A stretch of 64,000 nucleotides of DNA from Dehalococcoidia bacterium (GTDB lineage: Bacteria > Chloroflexota > Dehalococcoidia > UBA2979), in contig CBDFIB010000004.1 of assembly GCA_965247925.1 (NCBI GenBank), forward strand, positions 288,539 to 352,538, read 5' to 3'. Below are positions 28,691 to 39,294 of the stretch, piece after piece. The stretch's first letter is position 1. The number at the start of each line of letters is the position of its first letter. Made by a program: the position numbers and the translations under genes. The notes beneath the pieces are model-generated. The model saw only the letters and a list, made by a program, of their open reading frames with translations. It had not been told where the DNA came from and did no database searches.

Positions 28691-29895
28691 TAGATCACCC
28701 CCGCGCCACGCATCCGCGCGAGGTCGGCGGCGCTACAGCCAAGCAGCTCGCCGTAGACCTCGGCGTTGTGTTCGCCGAGGAGCGGCGCGCGCCGCAGCGG
28801 CGGGCGCTCCGTGCCGAAGCGCAGCGGCAGTCCGGGGTAGAGCAGCGGCCCCGTCGCCGGGTGGTCGATCTCGCTGAAGAACTCGCGCTCGATGAACTGC
28901 GGCGACTCGATCAGGTCGGGCGCGGTGCAGACGTAGCCGGCCGGCGTCTGCACGCCCTGCACCGCGTGGTAGAGGTCCGCCTTGCGCTTGCCCGCGGTCC
29001 ACTCGGCGATGACCTCGCGCAGCTCGTCCATGTGGTCGCGGCGCTGGCGCGCGCCCTCGAAGCGCGGATCGTGCTCGATATCCGGCCGTCCGATCAGCTC
29101 GCAGAAGCGCGGCCAGCGGGCCTGCGGGAACATCAGCCCGAGGTAGCCGTCTTCTACCTCGAACATCGGCGCGTGGCCGGGGCCTCGAACGCGAATCTCG
29201 CGCTTGTAGGCCCAGGCCGCGCCCGGGTACTCCTGTGCGGTCGCGATGCCCTCGAGCATCGAGACGTCGACGTGCTGGCCCTCGCCGCCGCTCGCGTCGC
29301 GGTAGTGGAGCGCGAGCAGCGCGCCGCTGAAGGCGGAGAGGCCGGCGAAGAACTGCGCGGGGCGCCCGCCGATCTTGAGCGGCTCGCGGTCATCGTCCCC
29401 GGCGATGTAGAGCGAGCCGCCGAGGGCGAGCGCCGTCAGGTCCGTCGCCTGCCAGTCGCGGTAGGGCCCGCTCTGCCCGTAGTCCGTGGTCGAGACCACG
29501 ATCACGCCCGGCCGCGAGTCCCCGATCGTCGCTGCGCGCGTCGCCTCGAGCGCCTCGTAGCCGAGCCCCCAGGCGTCGAGGCGGCCGGGCGCGAAGTCCT
29601 CGATCACGATGTCGGCCCAGCCGGCGAGCCGCTTGCCGAGCGCGCGCCCGGAGGCCTGCGCGAGGTCGAGCGTGACGCTGCGCTTGCCGGTGTTGAGGTA
29701 GAGGAAGAGGCCGCTCAGCTCGGGGTGCGGGTCGTCGTCGGGGAACGGCGGGTAGGAGCGCGCACGGTCGCCACGGCCCGGCGCCTCGACGCTGATCACG
29801 TCCGCGCCGAGCGCCGCCAGCAGCTTCGTGCAGAACGGCCCGGCGATGCCCTCGGACAGGTCGAGGACGCGCACGTCGTCAAGTGCCTCGGCCAT
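28690..29895 (-). CDS. family III CoA-transferase (CaiB/BaiF family)
   Basis: From the internal ATG at 29895 (GGAGGGAGG ribosome-binding site): MAEALDDVRVLDLSEGIAGPFCTKLLAALGADVISVEAPGRGD. The upstream part of ORF 28690..30252 is Arg-rich and spurious. Confidence 0.85.
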   Translation of the reverse strand: MAEALDDVRVLDLSEGIAGPFCTKLLAALGADVISVEAPGRGDRARSYPPFPDDDPHPELSGLFLYLNTGKRSVTLDLAQASGRALGKRLAGWADIVIEDFAPGRLDAWGLGYEALEATRAATIGDSRPGVIVVSTTDYGQSGPYRDWQATDLTALALGGSLYIAGDDDREPLKIGGRPAQFFAGLSAFSGALLALHYRDASGGEGQHVDVSMLEGIATAQEYPGAAWAYKREIRVRGPGHAPMFEVEDGYLGLMFPQARWPRFCELIGRPDIEHDPRFEGARQRRDHMDELREVIAEWTAGKRKADLYHAVQGVQTPAGYVCTAPDLIESPQFIEREFFSEIDHPATGPLLYPGLPLRFGTERPPLRRAPLLGEHNAEVYGELLGCSAADLARMRGAGVI

Positions 29896-29978
29896 CGAGC
29901 CTCCCTCCGCGGCGTTCACCTTATACCGCAGGCCGGCGCAAGCCGCGGCCCGCCCGCAGCAGGCGCGGCGCGAGCCGC

Positions 29979-31262
29979 CTACGTCGCCAGCGCCTCGATC
30001 TCCGCGGCGCTGAAGCCGGCCTCCGTCAGCACCGCGACCGTGTCGCGGCCGAGCGTCGGCGCGGCCCGGCGCGCGCCGGTCGCGCTCTCCGACATCTCGA
30101 CGAGCGCGCCGACCATGCGCTCCGGGCCGGTCAGCTCGTGCTCGAGATCGAGCATCAGCCCGAGCGCCTTGAGCTGCGGCTCGTCGGCGACCTCCTCGGG
30201 CAGGTTGACGCGCGAGGCGGGCGCGCCGGCGGCGTCGAGCGCCTCCATCCACTCGTCCATCGTGCGCTCGCGCATGACGGAGCGGATGCGCTCGCGGACC
30301 ACCTCGATCACCGGCCAGTTGTCGGGGTCGAGCGCGTTGAAGTCCGGGTCGGCGGTCGGGTCGTCCTCGATGCCGAGGGCGGCGCGGATCTGGTCGCGGT
30401 TCTCCGGGCTGACCGCGCCGAGCACGATCGCGCCGTCGCGGACGGAGTAGCCGTTGGTGTAGAGCAGACCCGCCGCGTTCTGGGTCAGCACCTGCAGCCC
30501 GCGCGCCTCGAGGACCTCGCGGTAGCCGCCGCCGCCCTCGCGCACGGCGCGCACGCGCTCCAGCATCGGGTCGCTGGTCACGGCGTCGACGGCGGGCAGG
30601 CGGGAGACGTAGTAGGAGAGGAAGGAGACGGCGGCCGCCACCAGCGGCGCGCTGATGTACTGCCCTCGGCCGGTGCGCTCGCGGCGGTAGAGCGCCGCGC
30701 AGACCCCCATCGCGCCGGCGATGCCGCCGGCATAGTCGGAGAGGACGGTGCTGCTCATGCGCTGCGGCGCGCCGAACTCGTCGATCTTGCTCTCGGCGGC
30801 CATCAGCCCGCTGTAGGCCTGGATCACCACGTCGCCGCCGGGGCGCCGGGCGTCCGGGCCGCGCGTGCCGTAGCTCGTGTGCTCGACGTAGATGAGATCC
30901 TCGCGCCGCCCTCGCAGCGTCTCGTAGTCGATGCCGAGCCGCTGCGGTACGCCGGGGCGCGTGTTGATCACGAACACGTCGAAGCCGCGAATCAGGTGGC
31001 GCACCGCCTCGCGCCCGGCTTCCGCGCGCAGATCGAGGACCACGCTGCGCTTGCCGCGGTTGAGCGTGTGGAAGAGCTTGCTCTCGTTCGGCGCGAAGCC
31101 GGCGAGCAGCCGCACCGGATCGCCGCCCGGCGGCTCGATCTTCACCACCTCAGCCCCGAGGTCGGCGAGGTTCTGCGCGCAGTAGGGCCCGACGATCGCC
31201 GTCCCCAGCTCGAGCACGCGCACGCCCTCGAGGGCGCCCGCGTCGAGCAGCGGCTCGGTCAT
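29979..31262 (-). CDS. family III CoA-transferase (CaiB/BaiF family)
   Basis: VRVLELGTAIVGPYCAQNLADLGAEVVKIEPPGGD. Confidence 0.9.
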   Translation of the reverse strand: MTEPLLDAGALEGVRVLELGTAIVGPYCAQNLADLGAEVVKIEPPGGDPVRLLAGFAPNESKLFHTLNRGKRSVVLDLRAEAGREAVRHLIRGFDVFVINTRPGVPQRLGIDYETLRGRREDLIYVEHTSYGTRGPDARRPGGDVVIQAYSGLMAAESKIDEFGAPQRMSSTVLSDYAGGIAGAMGVCAALYRRERTGRGQYISAPLVAAAVSFLSYYVSRLPAVDAVTSDPMLERVRAVREGGGGYREVLEARGLQVLTQNAAGLLYTNGYSVRDGAIVLGAVSPENRDQIRAALGIEDDPTADPDFNALDPDNWPVIEVVRERIRSVMRERTMDEWMEALDAAGAPASRVNLPEEVADEPQLKALGLMLDLEHELTGPERMVGALVEMSESATGARRAAPTLGRDTVAVLTEAGFSAAEIEALAT

Positions 31263-31289
31263 GGCCGGAACGCCCCGGTCGCCGCGCCG

Positions 31290-32252
31290 CTACTTGATCG
31301 CGTAGGCGTTGGGCGGCGAGCCGACGCCGCCGAGGATGTTGAGCGGCGAGGAAACGAGCATGAACTCGTAGACGCCGTCCTCGGCGCAGTCGGCCGCGAG
31401 CGGTGCGAGGCTGAAGTACTCGCCGATGGCGATGCCGAGCATCGGCAGCATGCGGCGGTGCTGGAAGCCCTCCTCGGGCTTCACGTGCAGCGCCTCCATC
31501 GCGTGCGTGTCGGCGGCCACGGCGCTGATGCCGCGGTTCCACAGCCACGCCGCGGTCTCCCGAGCGCCGTCGAGGCCGGGCGCCTGCATCCCGTCCGGGT
31601 TCGGCGCGACCGACCCCTGCATGCCCAGACGCGTGTCGAGGTCGAGCGAGAGCAGCCACTCGAGCCAGCCCGTGTTCAGCAGCAGCGTGTCGCCGGGCTC
31701 GATCGCGACGCCCTGCGCCTCGGCGATCTCCTCGATCATCGGGCCGGTGATCGGGAAGCGCTCGTCGGGCGCGCAGTCGTAGTGGCGCTTCGCGTCGATC
31801 AGCACGCCGCGCCCGACGATGCCGCGCTCCGCCCACTGGTCGATGCCGCACTCGCGGCCCTCGTTGACGTCCTCGTCCTGGCGGCCGCCCCAGTAGCCGT
31901 ACTGGCGGTAGCGCACGTGCGAGAGGGCGTCCCACTGGCTGGAGCCCTGCAGGTAGAAGCCATCGAGCCAGTCGTCGCGCGTCTGGCGGCCGGTCTCGAT
32001 GTGGTGCGTGAAGCGCGTGCGATCGCTGAGCGGCGGGTCCGGCTCGTTGAGCGGGAGGTCGAGGTTGATCACCTTGCCCGTGCGGACCAGCCGCGCGGCG
32101 GCGACCACGTGTTCAGGTGTTTGCCGGTTGAACGCTCCGACCTGGTCGTCGCGCCCCCAGACGTCCCAGGCGTGGCGCTCCTCGCTGCCCTCGTCCATGG
32201 TCGGCAGATCCTCGAAGGCGGGCGTTCCGGTCGCTGGCGGCATCGGGTGCAT
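31290..32252 (-). CDS. putative cyclase-family protein (kynurenine-formamidase-like fold)
   Basis: 320 aa with the GTH..DAL.H cyclase-family pattern (DALSHVRY). First gene of a same-strand run with three CaiB paralogs. Confidence 0.8.
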   Translation of the reverse strand: MHPMPPATGTPAFEDLPTMDEGSEERHAWDVWGRDDQVGAFNRQTPEHVVAAARLVRTGKVINLDLPLNEPDPPLSDRTRFTHHIETGRQTRDDWLDGFYLQGSSQWDALSHVRYRQYGYWGGRQDEDVNEGRECGIDQWAERGIVGRGVLIDAKRHYDCAPDERFPITGPMIEEIAEAQGVAIEPGDTLLLNTGWLEWLLSLDLDTRLGMQGSVAPNPDGMQAPGLDGARETAAWLWNRGISAVAADTHAMEALHVKPEEGFQHRRMLPMLGIAIGEYFSLAPLAADCAEDGVYEFMLVSSPLNILGGVGSPPNAYAIK

Positions 32253-32389
32253 CCTTCCCGGTCGGTGCGTGCGTGCGTATCGGCGGCCGGACGATTCTAG
32301 AGCCTCGGGGCGGGGCGGGCAGCGGCGCGTCGAACACGCGGCAGCCGACGCGAACGGGACGGTGCGGGCGATGCGTTCGCTGGTGCAAC

Positions 32390-32821
32390 TCAGCGAATAG
32401 GCGGCTCGTGCGCGAACGGGTTGATCACGGCGACGGTGTCGATCTGCTGCCCGTCATTGAGGTCTTCCGTCAGCAGATGCGTACAGCCACTGCGCTGGGC
32501 GGCGGCGACGATCAGCGCGTCCCAGTGGGAAAGCTGCGCAGCCTCCCCGATCTCAAGGGCGCGCAGAACCAGATCGGTGTCAATCGGCTGCGGGCTCCAG
32601 GCCAGGAGGTCCTCGATATCGGCGCGGGCCTCCACCGGCGACAGCCGGGCTTCGAGCCGACGGGTGACAGTGACGTAGTACTCGTTCAGCACCTGCGCGC
32701 TGATCCGCCCTTCGGCCGACGACCAGAGGTGTTCCAGCCACGCCTGAGCGCGCTCCTGTTTGGCGGGGTGGTCGCTGTCCCGCGCGTACACGAGGACGTT
32801 GGTGTCGACGAAGATGCTCAC
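32390..32821 (-). CDS. vapC: PIN-domain toxin VapC
   Basis: MSIFVDTNVLVYARDSD...THLLTEDLND, with conserved acidic residues. Confidence 0.85.
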   Translation of the reverse strand: MSIFVDTNVLVYARDSDHPAKQERAQAWLEHLWSSAEGRISAQVLNEYYVTVTRRLEARLSPVEARADIEDLLAWSPQPIDTDLVLRALEIGEAAQLSHWDALIVAAAQRSGCTHLLTEDLNDGQQIDTVAVINPFAHEPPIR

Positions 32822-33061
32822 CGCTGATGCACTTCGTCACGGGAGGGGTACGCCTTCCCGCCGCTCAGGGAGCTCGGCCGCCGCGCGAGGTAGGAGCGGC
32901 GCGCCTGCTCGTAGCGATCGGCCTCGCGGCCGGCACGGGCCATCTGCTCGCGCAGCAGGCCACCGACAAGCCTCGACATGCTGGTGTCTTGCCGGGCCGC
33001 CTCGATGCGGGCCCAGCGAGCAGTCTCGTCGTCCAGGGCGATAGTCACATTTCTCACGTTT
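32818..33061 (-). CDS. vapB: ribbon-helix-helix antitoxin VapB (GTG or ATG start)
   Basis: (V/M)RNVTIALDDETARWARIEAARQDTSMSRLVGGLLREQ. Translationally coupled to vapC. Only the 3' ~80 codons of ORF 32818..34311 are real. Confidence 0.65.
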
Positions 33062-33125
33062 TCAGTGTAGCACGAAACTCGTATTTCCGTGGCAGCCACG
33101 CTGCCCTGGATCGCGCCCGCCTCGA

Positions 33126-34370
33126 TCACGATGCCGCAGCCGGGCGCTCCCTCGTGGCGGGCGGACGGAGCAGCAGCAGGACGAGGTTGCACACGCCGGC
33201 GGCGGCGATGCCGCTCGCGAGCGCGACCTGGTCCAGCTCGATCAGCATGCTGAAGCTGATGTTGTAGACCGTGGCGATGGCCATCTGGGCGAAGCCGAGC
33301 ACCGCCGAGGCGAGGCCCGCCATGCGCTCGAAGGGGATCATGGCGCCGGCCATCGCCGGCGGGCGGGCGAGGCCGTTGCCCGCGGCGAACACGAACATCG
33401 GCAGCAGCACCGCCCACGGACTGGCGACGCCGCCCCAGGCGAGCGCCGCCATCACGCCGCCGGAGCTCGCGGCGAAGACGGCGCCGAGCAGCACCACCCG
33501 CGAGTTCGTCCAGCGCATCACCAGCCGGCTCGACAGCCACGCCCCGCTCATGATCCCCACGGCCGCGAATCCGAAGGCGAGTCCGAACTGGGCGGCCGAG
33601 AGCCCGAGTTCGTCGATCAGCACGAACGACGAGCCGGAGATGAAGACCAGCTGCCCGCTGAACATCAGCCCCATCGTCAGCGCGTAGGCGAGGAAGGTGC
33701 GGCTCGAGAACAGCTCCCGGTAGTTGCGGCTCATCTGCACGGCGCCGAGCGCGCTGCGGTCGCGGCGCACGTTCGTCTCCGGCAGCACCAGCCGGTAGGC
33801 GACGAGCAGGAACACGCCGATGCCGATCAGCGTCACGAAGACGGCGCGCCAGTCGAAGAGATCCTGCAGGACGCCGCCGATGATCGGCGCGATCGTCGGC
33901 GCCAGCGGCGTGGCGATCGTCATGTAGGCCAGCACCCGCGCGGCGCGATGCCGCCCGAACACGTCGAGCACCATCGCGCGCCCGATTGCGGGGCCGGCCC
34001 CGCCGCCGAAGCCCTGGATGACGCGGCCGGCAATCAGCGTCTCCGCCGACCAGGCGAACAGCGACAACACGCCGCCCACGATGAACAGCACGAGGCCGGC
34101 GATGAGCGCGGGCCGGCGCCCGAAGCGGTCCGAGACCGGCCCGTAGACGAGCTGCGACGCCGCGAACGCGAGCAGGAAGAGCGTCACCGCGAGCTGGATC
34201 GTCGAGGTCGGGGCCTCGAACTCCTCGGCCATGTTCGGCATCGAGGGCAGGAACATGTCGATCGCGAGCGGCGCGGTCATCGAGAGGCCGACCAGCATCG
34301 CGACCGCCCACCGTGACTCGGCGCGCGCACGATCGCGGATGGAGAGCCCGGCAGGGTCGTTGAAGGTCAT
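33126..34370 (-). CDS. MFS transporter (Bcr/CflA-like drug:H+ antiporter family)
   Basis: From the internal ATG at 34370: MTFNDPAGLS..., 12 TM helices, GPVSDRFGRRP motif. Confidence 0.85.
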   Translation of the reverse strand: MTFNDPAGLSIRDRARAESRWAVAMLVGLSMTAPLAIDMFLPSMPNMAEEFEAPTSTIQLAVTLFLLAFAASQLVYGPVSDRFGRRPALIAGLVLFIVGGVLSLFAWSAETLIAGRVIQGFGGGAGPAIGRAMVLDVFGRHRAARVLAYMTIATPLAPTIAPIIGGVLQDLFDWRAVFVTLIGIGVFLLVAYRLVLPETNVRRDRSALGAVQMSRNYRELFSSRTFLAYALTMGLMFSGQLVFISGSSFVLIDELGLSAAQFGLAFGFAAVGIMSGAWLSSRLVMRWTNSRVVLLGAVFAASSGGVMAALAWGGVASPWAVLLPMFVFAAGNGLARPPAMAGAMIPFERMAGLASAVLGFAQMAIATVYNISFSMLIELDQVALASGIAAAGVCNLVLLLLRPPATRERPAAAS

Positions 34371-34552
34371 CAGCGCCAACTCGCGAGCGCCGAGGGCGAC
34401 ACCCTCGTCTCCTGGCCCGCCCGGCGCGTGCCCCGCCGGCGAGGTTGAACCACGGGACGTTCCCGCGTCCAGCCCCTCATGTACGTTGTGCCGGTCGCCG
34501 GGACGCGTCGGAGGAAGGCGCGGCCGGCTGGCGACGCGAGGAGTGTTCCCTG

Positions 34553-35019
34553 TGGAACTCGCTGGTGAGCTGGAATCCTGTGAGTGGTGCGAGAATCTCT
34601 TCATCGTGACGTTGGTGCTCGGGGGCGCCTTGATAGCGAGTGGTGTCGCCCACGAGAACGGGCGCCGCTGGTGGATCTGGGCGCCGCTGGGAGCCCTGTT
34701 CGCGACCACCCCCGAGGTTGTCGCCCGCCTCCTGGAAGGCAGCCCTCTCTACCGCGATTCGCCGATCACCACGTTTCACGCTGTCATGTCCGTGACGTGC
34801 GCGGCCTGGTCCGGCTATCTCGCCCGGAGCAAGGACCGGCGTGTGTGGCTCTGGATAGTGCTCGGCGCGGTCTTCGCCTACATCGCGCTGATCATCGTCG
34901 CCGCCCTGCCGGGACGAGGTGAAACGTTCCTTGAGGAGACCCTGAGCGCCCGCATCGACCGCAGAGCGGGTGCAGCGCGATTCGCGGCTCGGAACAGAGG
35001 CCGGGCGACGAAAGAGTGA
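34553..35019 (+). CDS. small membrane protein with an internal duplication of a K/R-x-RR-V/W-W-L/I-W...LGA-x-F motif
   Basis: GTG start with a GAGGAG ribosome-binding site. GRRWWIWAPLGALF and DRRVWLWIVLGAVFAYIALIIVAALPG segments. Paralogous to 35258..35614. Confidence 0.45.
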
Positions 35020-35257
35020 GCAACGGTCCCGCCCACCGTGTCTCCTCGCCGCGGGTTGCGGGGTCGTTCGTAGCCAGGTGCGCCCCCGTCCCCACCGCTC
35101 GCTGCGCCGTCTCCGGCCTCCGGAGCATCGGGGCGGCGCGCGGGTGGACCAATCTTCCGACGCGCTGGGCCGCGGCTCCCGGGTTACGAGGCGCCAAGCG
35201 AGTCGAGCGGTCCGTCCCGCTATGCTGGCCGCGACTGCTCACAAACCTCGGTGAGCC

Positions 35258-35614
35258 GTGGTGCGCCGGGGCGAAGGGAGTCCTCCCGTGGAGTTCGTGC
35301 CGCTGCTCGTGCTGATGGCTGTGTTCGCTGCTGTGACGGGCGCCGTCGCCAGAAGGAAGGGCCGCCGGGTGTGGCTGTGGGCCCTGCTGGGCGCCCTGTT
35401 CACCATCGGCGCCCTCGCCACCGCCGCCCTCCTGCCGGGGACACGCGAGCGAGGTGCGAGCAGCCTCGGCCTCCCAGAAGGGGCGGACCCCGACTCATGG
35501 CGCCGCGCGCAGTCCGAGGGAGCGAAGCTCCGGCGTCGGAGCGACGAAGCGCGCGCCGAAGCGCACGGGGACATGTCGTCCCACATCCCCGGGGGAGGCT
35601 TCGGGGGCCTGTAA
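35258..35614 (+). CDS. small membrane protein, paralog of 34553..35019
   Basis: KGRRVWLWALLGALFTIGALATAALLPG shares the motif and spacing with the upstream gene. Confidence 0.5.
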   Translation: MVRRGEGSPPVEFVPLLVLMAVFAAVTGAVARRKGRRVWLWALLGALFTIGALATAALLPGTRERGASSLGLPEGADPDSWRRAQSEGAKLRRRSDEARAEAHGDMSSHIPGGGFGGL

Positions 35615-35715
35615 CGGCGGCCGACGGTGACGCGTAGCGTCTACTCCCCCCGGATCCGGAGCTGTCGCCGGAGCCCCATCTCGCGGCGAGTGAGGCGAGC
35701 TGAGGCCAATTGTGT

Positions 35716-35833
35716 CCCCTCTCCCCGAGCTCTGGGAGAGGGAGAAAGGCGGGGGCGAGGGGGATTCTTGGCATCGCAGCGCCGTCCGATCCCCTCTCCC
35801 CTGGCGGGAGAGGGTTAGGGTGAGGGGGATTCC
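35716..35833. repeat. two tandem copies of a GC-rich palindromic REP-like element (CCCCTCTCCCC-N-GGGAGAGGG-GAGGGGG tail)
   Basis: TCCCCTCTCCCCGAGCTCTGGGAGAGGGAGAAAGGCGGGGGCGAGGGGGATTC and TCCCCTCTCCCCTGGCGGGAGAGGGTTAGGGTGAGGGGGATTCC. Related copies near 37541-37590, 39061-39120, 40700-40760, 40920-40980 and 61550-61610. Confidence 0.55.
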
Positions 35834-36257
35834 GGAGGTGACTCGCGGAGTTCCACTGCGATCGCCTCGAGCACGGGGGTCAGACGCAGCAGCACATCGT
35901 CGTTCCAGAATCTCAGGACCCTGTAGCCACGCGACTCCAGCCATCGTGTTTCGCCGATCATCGCCTGCCCTCGCTGGCCGCGCCGCCGCGCGGCGCCCCC
36001 TCACCCCCGCCCTAATGGGGTTCGACCTGTCACTCGGATGCTTCTGAGAAACTGGTTCCGGACCCGCCGGCCGGTGAGCACTGCCTTGCCCCGAGGCCTT
36101 CGGACCTCCAGGGAGAGACCGTGCCCCGGCTGGTACGTCCGGGTTGTCCGCAGCATTGCTGGGGTGTCGTGCCTGAGAGCACTGTTCCATTAGGCCGTCG
36201 CAGGACCAACCCGGCAGGTCGCAGCACGCAGCACGAAGCGGAGGGAAGCGAGGCACG

Positions 36258-37513
36258 ATGACCCTGCACGTTGGCGACGACTGGTCCGAAGACCACCACG
36301 ACATCCAGCTCATGAACGAGGCCGGCGAGCAGCTCGCCGCCAGGCGGCTGCCCGAAGGCGTCAAAGGCGTCGCCGCCCTGCACGAGTTGATCGCGCAGCA
36401 CGCCTCGGACCCGGGCGAGGTCGTGGTCGGGATCGAGACCGAGCGCGGGCCCTGGCCGGGTCTCGGCCCTGCTCGCGGCCGGCTACCGCGTCTACGCGAT
36501 CAACCCGCGCTCGGCGGCGCGCTACCGCGAGCGCCACCACCTCAGCGGCGCCAAGTCCGACGCCGGCGACGGCAAGCTGCTCGCCGACCTGGTACGCACC
36601 GACCGCCACAACCACCGCCCGGTCGCCGGCGACAGCGACGAGGCCGCCGCGGTGCGCATCCTCGCCCGCGCCCACCAGCAGTTGATCTGGGACCGCGTCC
36701 GCCAGACCAACCGGCTGCGCAGCGCGCTGCGCGAGTACTTTCCGGGCGCCCTGGAGGCCTTCCCCAAGCTCGCGCACGGCGACGCGCTGGGCGTGCTGGG
36801 ACGGCGCCAGGCCCGGGTGAGGCGGCACGGCTGAGCATCACCCAGATCCGCGCTGCGCTGCGCCGCGGCGGACGCAAGCGCAACCTCGAGCAGCGCGCCG
36901 CCGCGGTCCGCGCGGCGTTGCGCTCCCCGCAGCTCGGGGCGCCGCCCGCGGTAAGCCGAGCGTTCGCCGCGAGCACCCGCGCGCCACGGTCGGTCAGATC
37001 GGCGAGATCAACCGTCAGATCAAGGAGCTCGAGGCCGAGCTCACGAGCCATTTTGAGCAGCACCCGGACGCCGAAATCTACCGCTCCCTGCCCGGTCTCG
37101 GCGTCGTGCTCGGTGCCCGGGTGCTCGGCGAGTTCGGGGACGACCCCGAACGCTACGAGTCGGCGAAGTCCCGCAGGAACTACGCCGGCACCTCGCCGCT
37201 CACCGTAGCATCGGGACGCAAACGCAGCGTGCGCGCCCGCTTCGTGCGCAACCGCCGGCTCTCCGACGCCGTGGACCGCTGGGCGCTCTGCTCGCTGCGG
37301 GCGAGCCCGGGCTGCCACGACTTCTACCAGCGGCGGCGAGCCGCCGGCGACCTCCATCACCAGGCGCTGCGCGCCCTCGGCAACCGCCTCGTCGGCTACC
37401 TCCACGGCTGCCTCAGGACCCGCGCCTGCTACGACGAGGCCACCGCCTGTTCGCGCACCGCCACGACCGCGAGCAGCTCGCCGCTTGATCAGTTAGCACC
37501 ATGGGGTGTCTAA
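36258..37513 (+). pseudogene. degenerate IS110-family transposase (different lineage from 11343..12437), split over three reading frames
   Basis: N-terminus MTLHVGDDWSEDHHDIQLMNEAGE in ORF 36258..37208, middle RILARAHQQLIWDRVRQTNRLRSALREYFP in 36652..36834, C-terminus LGEFGDDPERYESAKSRRNYAGTSP in 37106..37513. Confidence 0.75.
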
Positions 37514-37788
37514 CCCGCCAGGGGCGAGGGAGCCGGAACGCCCTCGGGGAGTTTCGCAAAGGTCTCCCGAGGGAGAAGGCCAGGGTGAGGGGTAAGCCCG
37601 TCCCCACTCCCGACGCAGTGCTTCCGGCCGCAGCCCCTGACGCGACCCTGCGATAGGCTAGGCGCTACTTCGAGTCCTCCGAGGACCACCAACCGCGGCC
37701 GCCTCCCGCCGGCCGCTCGCGAGGGAACGCGCCGACGACTGCCAACCGCCGCGACGACGACCGCCCGGAGGCGCCCTCGAGAGGCGGC

Positions 37789-39057
37789 GTGGGCGTCGAC
37801 GCGGATGCGGAACGGCCCACGGCGTCCGCGCGGCTGATCAGCAGCGTCACCTCGGCGCGCACCTTCGACTCGCTGCACGACCGCGACTTCCGCTGGTTCT
37901 TCCTCGCCTCGCTCAGTCAGAACGCCGCGATGAACATGCAGATGCTCTCGCGCGGCTTCCTCGTCTACCTGCTGACCGGGTCCTACGCCGCCCTCGGCAC
38001 CATGGCGCTGGTCCACGCGTTCTCAATGCTCACGTTCTCGCTCTACGGGGGCGTGCTCGCCGACGGCCGCTCCAAGCGCATGATCCTCCAGATCGGGCAG
38101 ATCGCGGCCGCGTTCAACGCCGTCGTGATCGCGGTGCTGCTCTTCGCGGATCTGCTGCGCTACGAGCACCTGCTGATCGCCGCCTTCGCGCAGGGCGTGA
38201 CCAGCGGCCTGATGATGCCGGCCCGCCAGTCGATGCCACCGGAGATCGTCCCCACGGCCCAGTTGCAGAACGCCGTCTCGCTGAACACGGCGAGCATGAA
38301 CGTCATGCGGCTGTTCGGACCGGCCTTCGCCGGGATCATGCTGGCGATCACCGAGCCGGAATGGGTCTACGCGCTCATGACCCTGCTGTTCGCGCTCTCG
38401 ATCGTCCTGCTCACCCGCGTGCCGAAGCGGGCGCCGCGCCCGCGCTCGATGAGCGCGAGGAACGTCATCATCGAGCTCCGCGAGGGCTTCGCCTACATCC
38501 TCCGCACGCCCACGGTCTTCTCGCTGCTCGGCATCGGCTTCATGACCTCGCTGCTCGGCATGCCCTACATCCGCCTCATGCCCGGCTTCGTGGCCGACGT
38601 GCTCGATGGCGGTGCGGCGCAGCTCGGCATCCTGATGAGCCTCGCCGGCCTCGGCTCGCTGACCGGCGCGCTCGCGCTCGCGTCGCTGCCGCCGCGGCAT
38701 CGCGGGAGGCTGCTGCTCGCAAGCATGGTGGTGATGGGCCTCGGGCTGACGGCCTTCTCGGCCTCCTCGATCTTCATCGTGTCCTTCTTCCTGATGTTCA
38801 TCGTCGGGGTGGGCGAGGCCGGGCGGCAGGCGCTCAACGTGGTGCTGATTCACCAGCACGCCGAGGGCGCCTACCGGGGCCGCGTGATGAGCGTGCTGAT
38901 GATGCAGGTCGGGACGATGGCGCTCGGCGCCTTCGTCGTCGGCCTGCTCGCCGAGGTGATGGGACCGCAGGTGGGCCTCGGCAGCTTCGCCCTGCTGCTC
39001 GTCGTGCTCGCGCTCGCCGCACACGTCTTCGCGCCGAAGCTGCGAGACCTCCAGTAG
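37789..39057 (+). CDS. MFS transporter (first of a tandem paralogous pair)
   Basis: 422 aa. About 70% identical to 39433..40701 over the whole length (FESLQDRDFRWFF..., C-terminal LRDLQ/LRDLE). Confidence 0.85.
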   Translation: MGVDADAERPTASARLISSVTSARTFDSLHDRDFRWFFLASLSQNAAMNMQMLSRGFLVYLLTGSYAALGTMALVHAFSMLTFSLYGGVLADGRSKRMILQIGQIAAAFNAVVIAVLLFADLLRYEHLLIAAFAQGVTSGLMMPARQSMPPEIVPTAQLQNAVSLNTASMNVMRLFGPAFAGIMLAITEPEWVYALMTLLFALSIVLLTRVPKRAPRPRSMSARNVIIELREGFAYILRTPTVFSLLGIGFMTSLLGMPYIRLMPGFVADVLDGGAAQLGILMSLAGLGSLTGALALASLPPRHRGRLLLASMVVMGLGLTAFSASSIFIVSFFLMFIVGVGEAGRQALNVVLIHQHAEGAYRGRVMSVLMMQVGTMALGAFVVGLLAEVMGPQVGLGSFALLLVVLALAAHVFAPKLRDLQ

Positions 39058-39127
39058 CGCGAGCCAGCGGTCCCCTCGCCCTCCCCCACTCCCCACGGGG
39101 AGAGGGTGAAAGTCGGCGGCCGGGGGT

Positions 39128-39294
39128 GCGGCTGCGCTAGCAGGCTGCTGAAAAACTCCTGATCCTGAGCCGCAGGGTCTCACTGGCCATTCGGTGGGCT
39201 GGCGTAGAGCCCAGAAACATTGGGGTTTTTGATATCGCGACCAGCGCGATTTCAGCCCAAAAGCGCCGCCGCGGACTTTTTCATCACCCTGCTA
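39128..39294 (-). repeat. MITE-like element copy B (167 bp, intact, ~22-bp imperfect terminal inverted repeats)
   Basis: TAGCAGGCTGCTGAAAAACTCC at one end and the reverse complement of TAGCAGGGTGATGAAAAAGTCC at the other. Internal sequence matches copies A and C. Confidence 0.75.

Noticed and set aside
28675-30450. 591-aa plus-strand ORF
   Set aside because: Antisense to two CoA-transferase genes.
32818-34311. 497-aa minus-strand ORF
   Set aside because: Only the C-terminal ~80 codons (VapB antitoxin) are real. The rest is an off-frame shadow of the MFS transporter gene 33126..34370.
36258-37513. Intact second IS110-family transposase
   Set aside because: The N-terminal, middle and C-terminal homology segments are in three different reading frames, with Arg/Pro-rich junk between them. 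Scored as a pseudogene.
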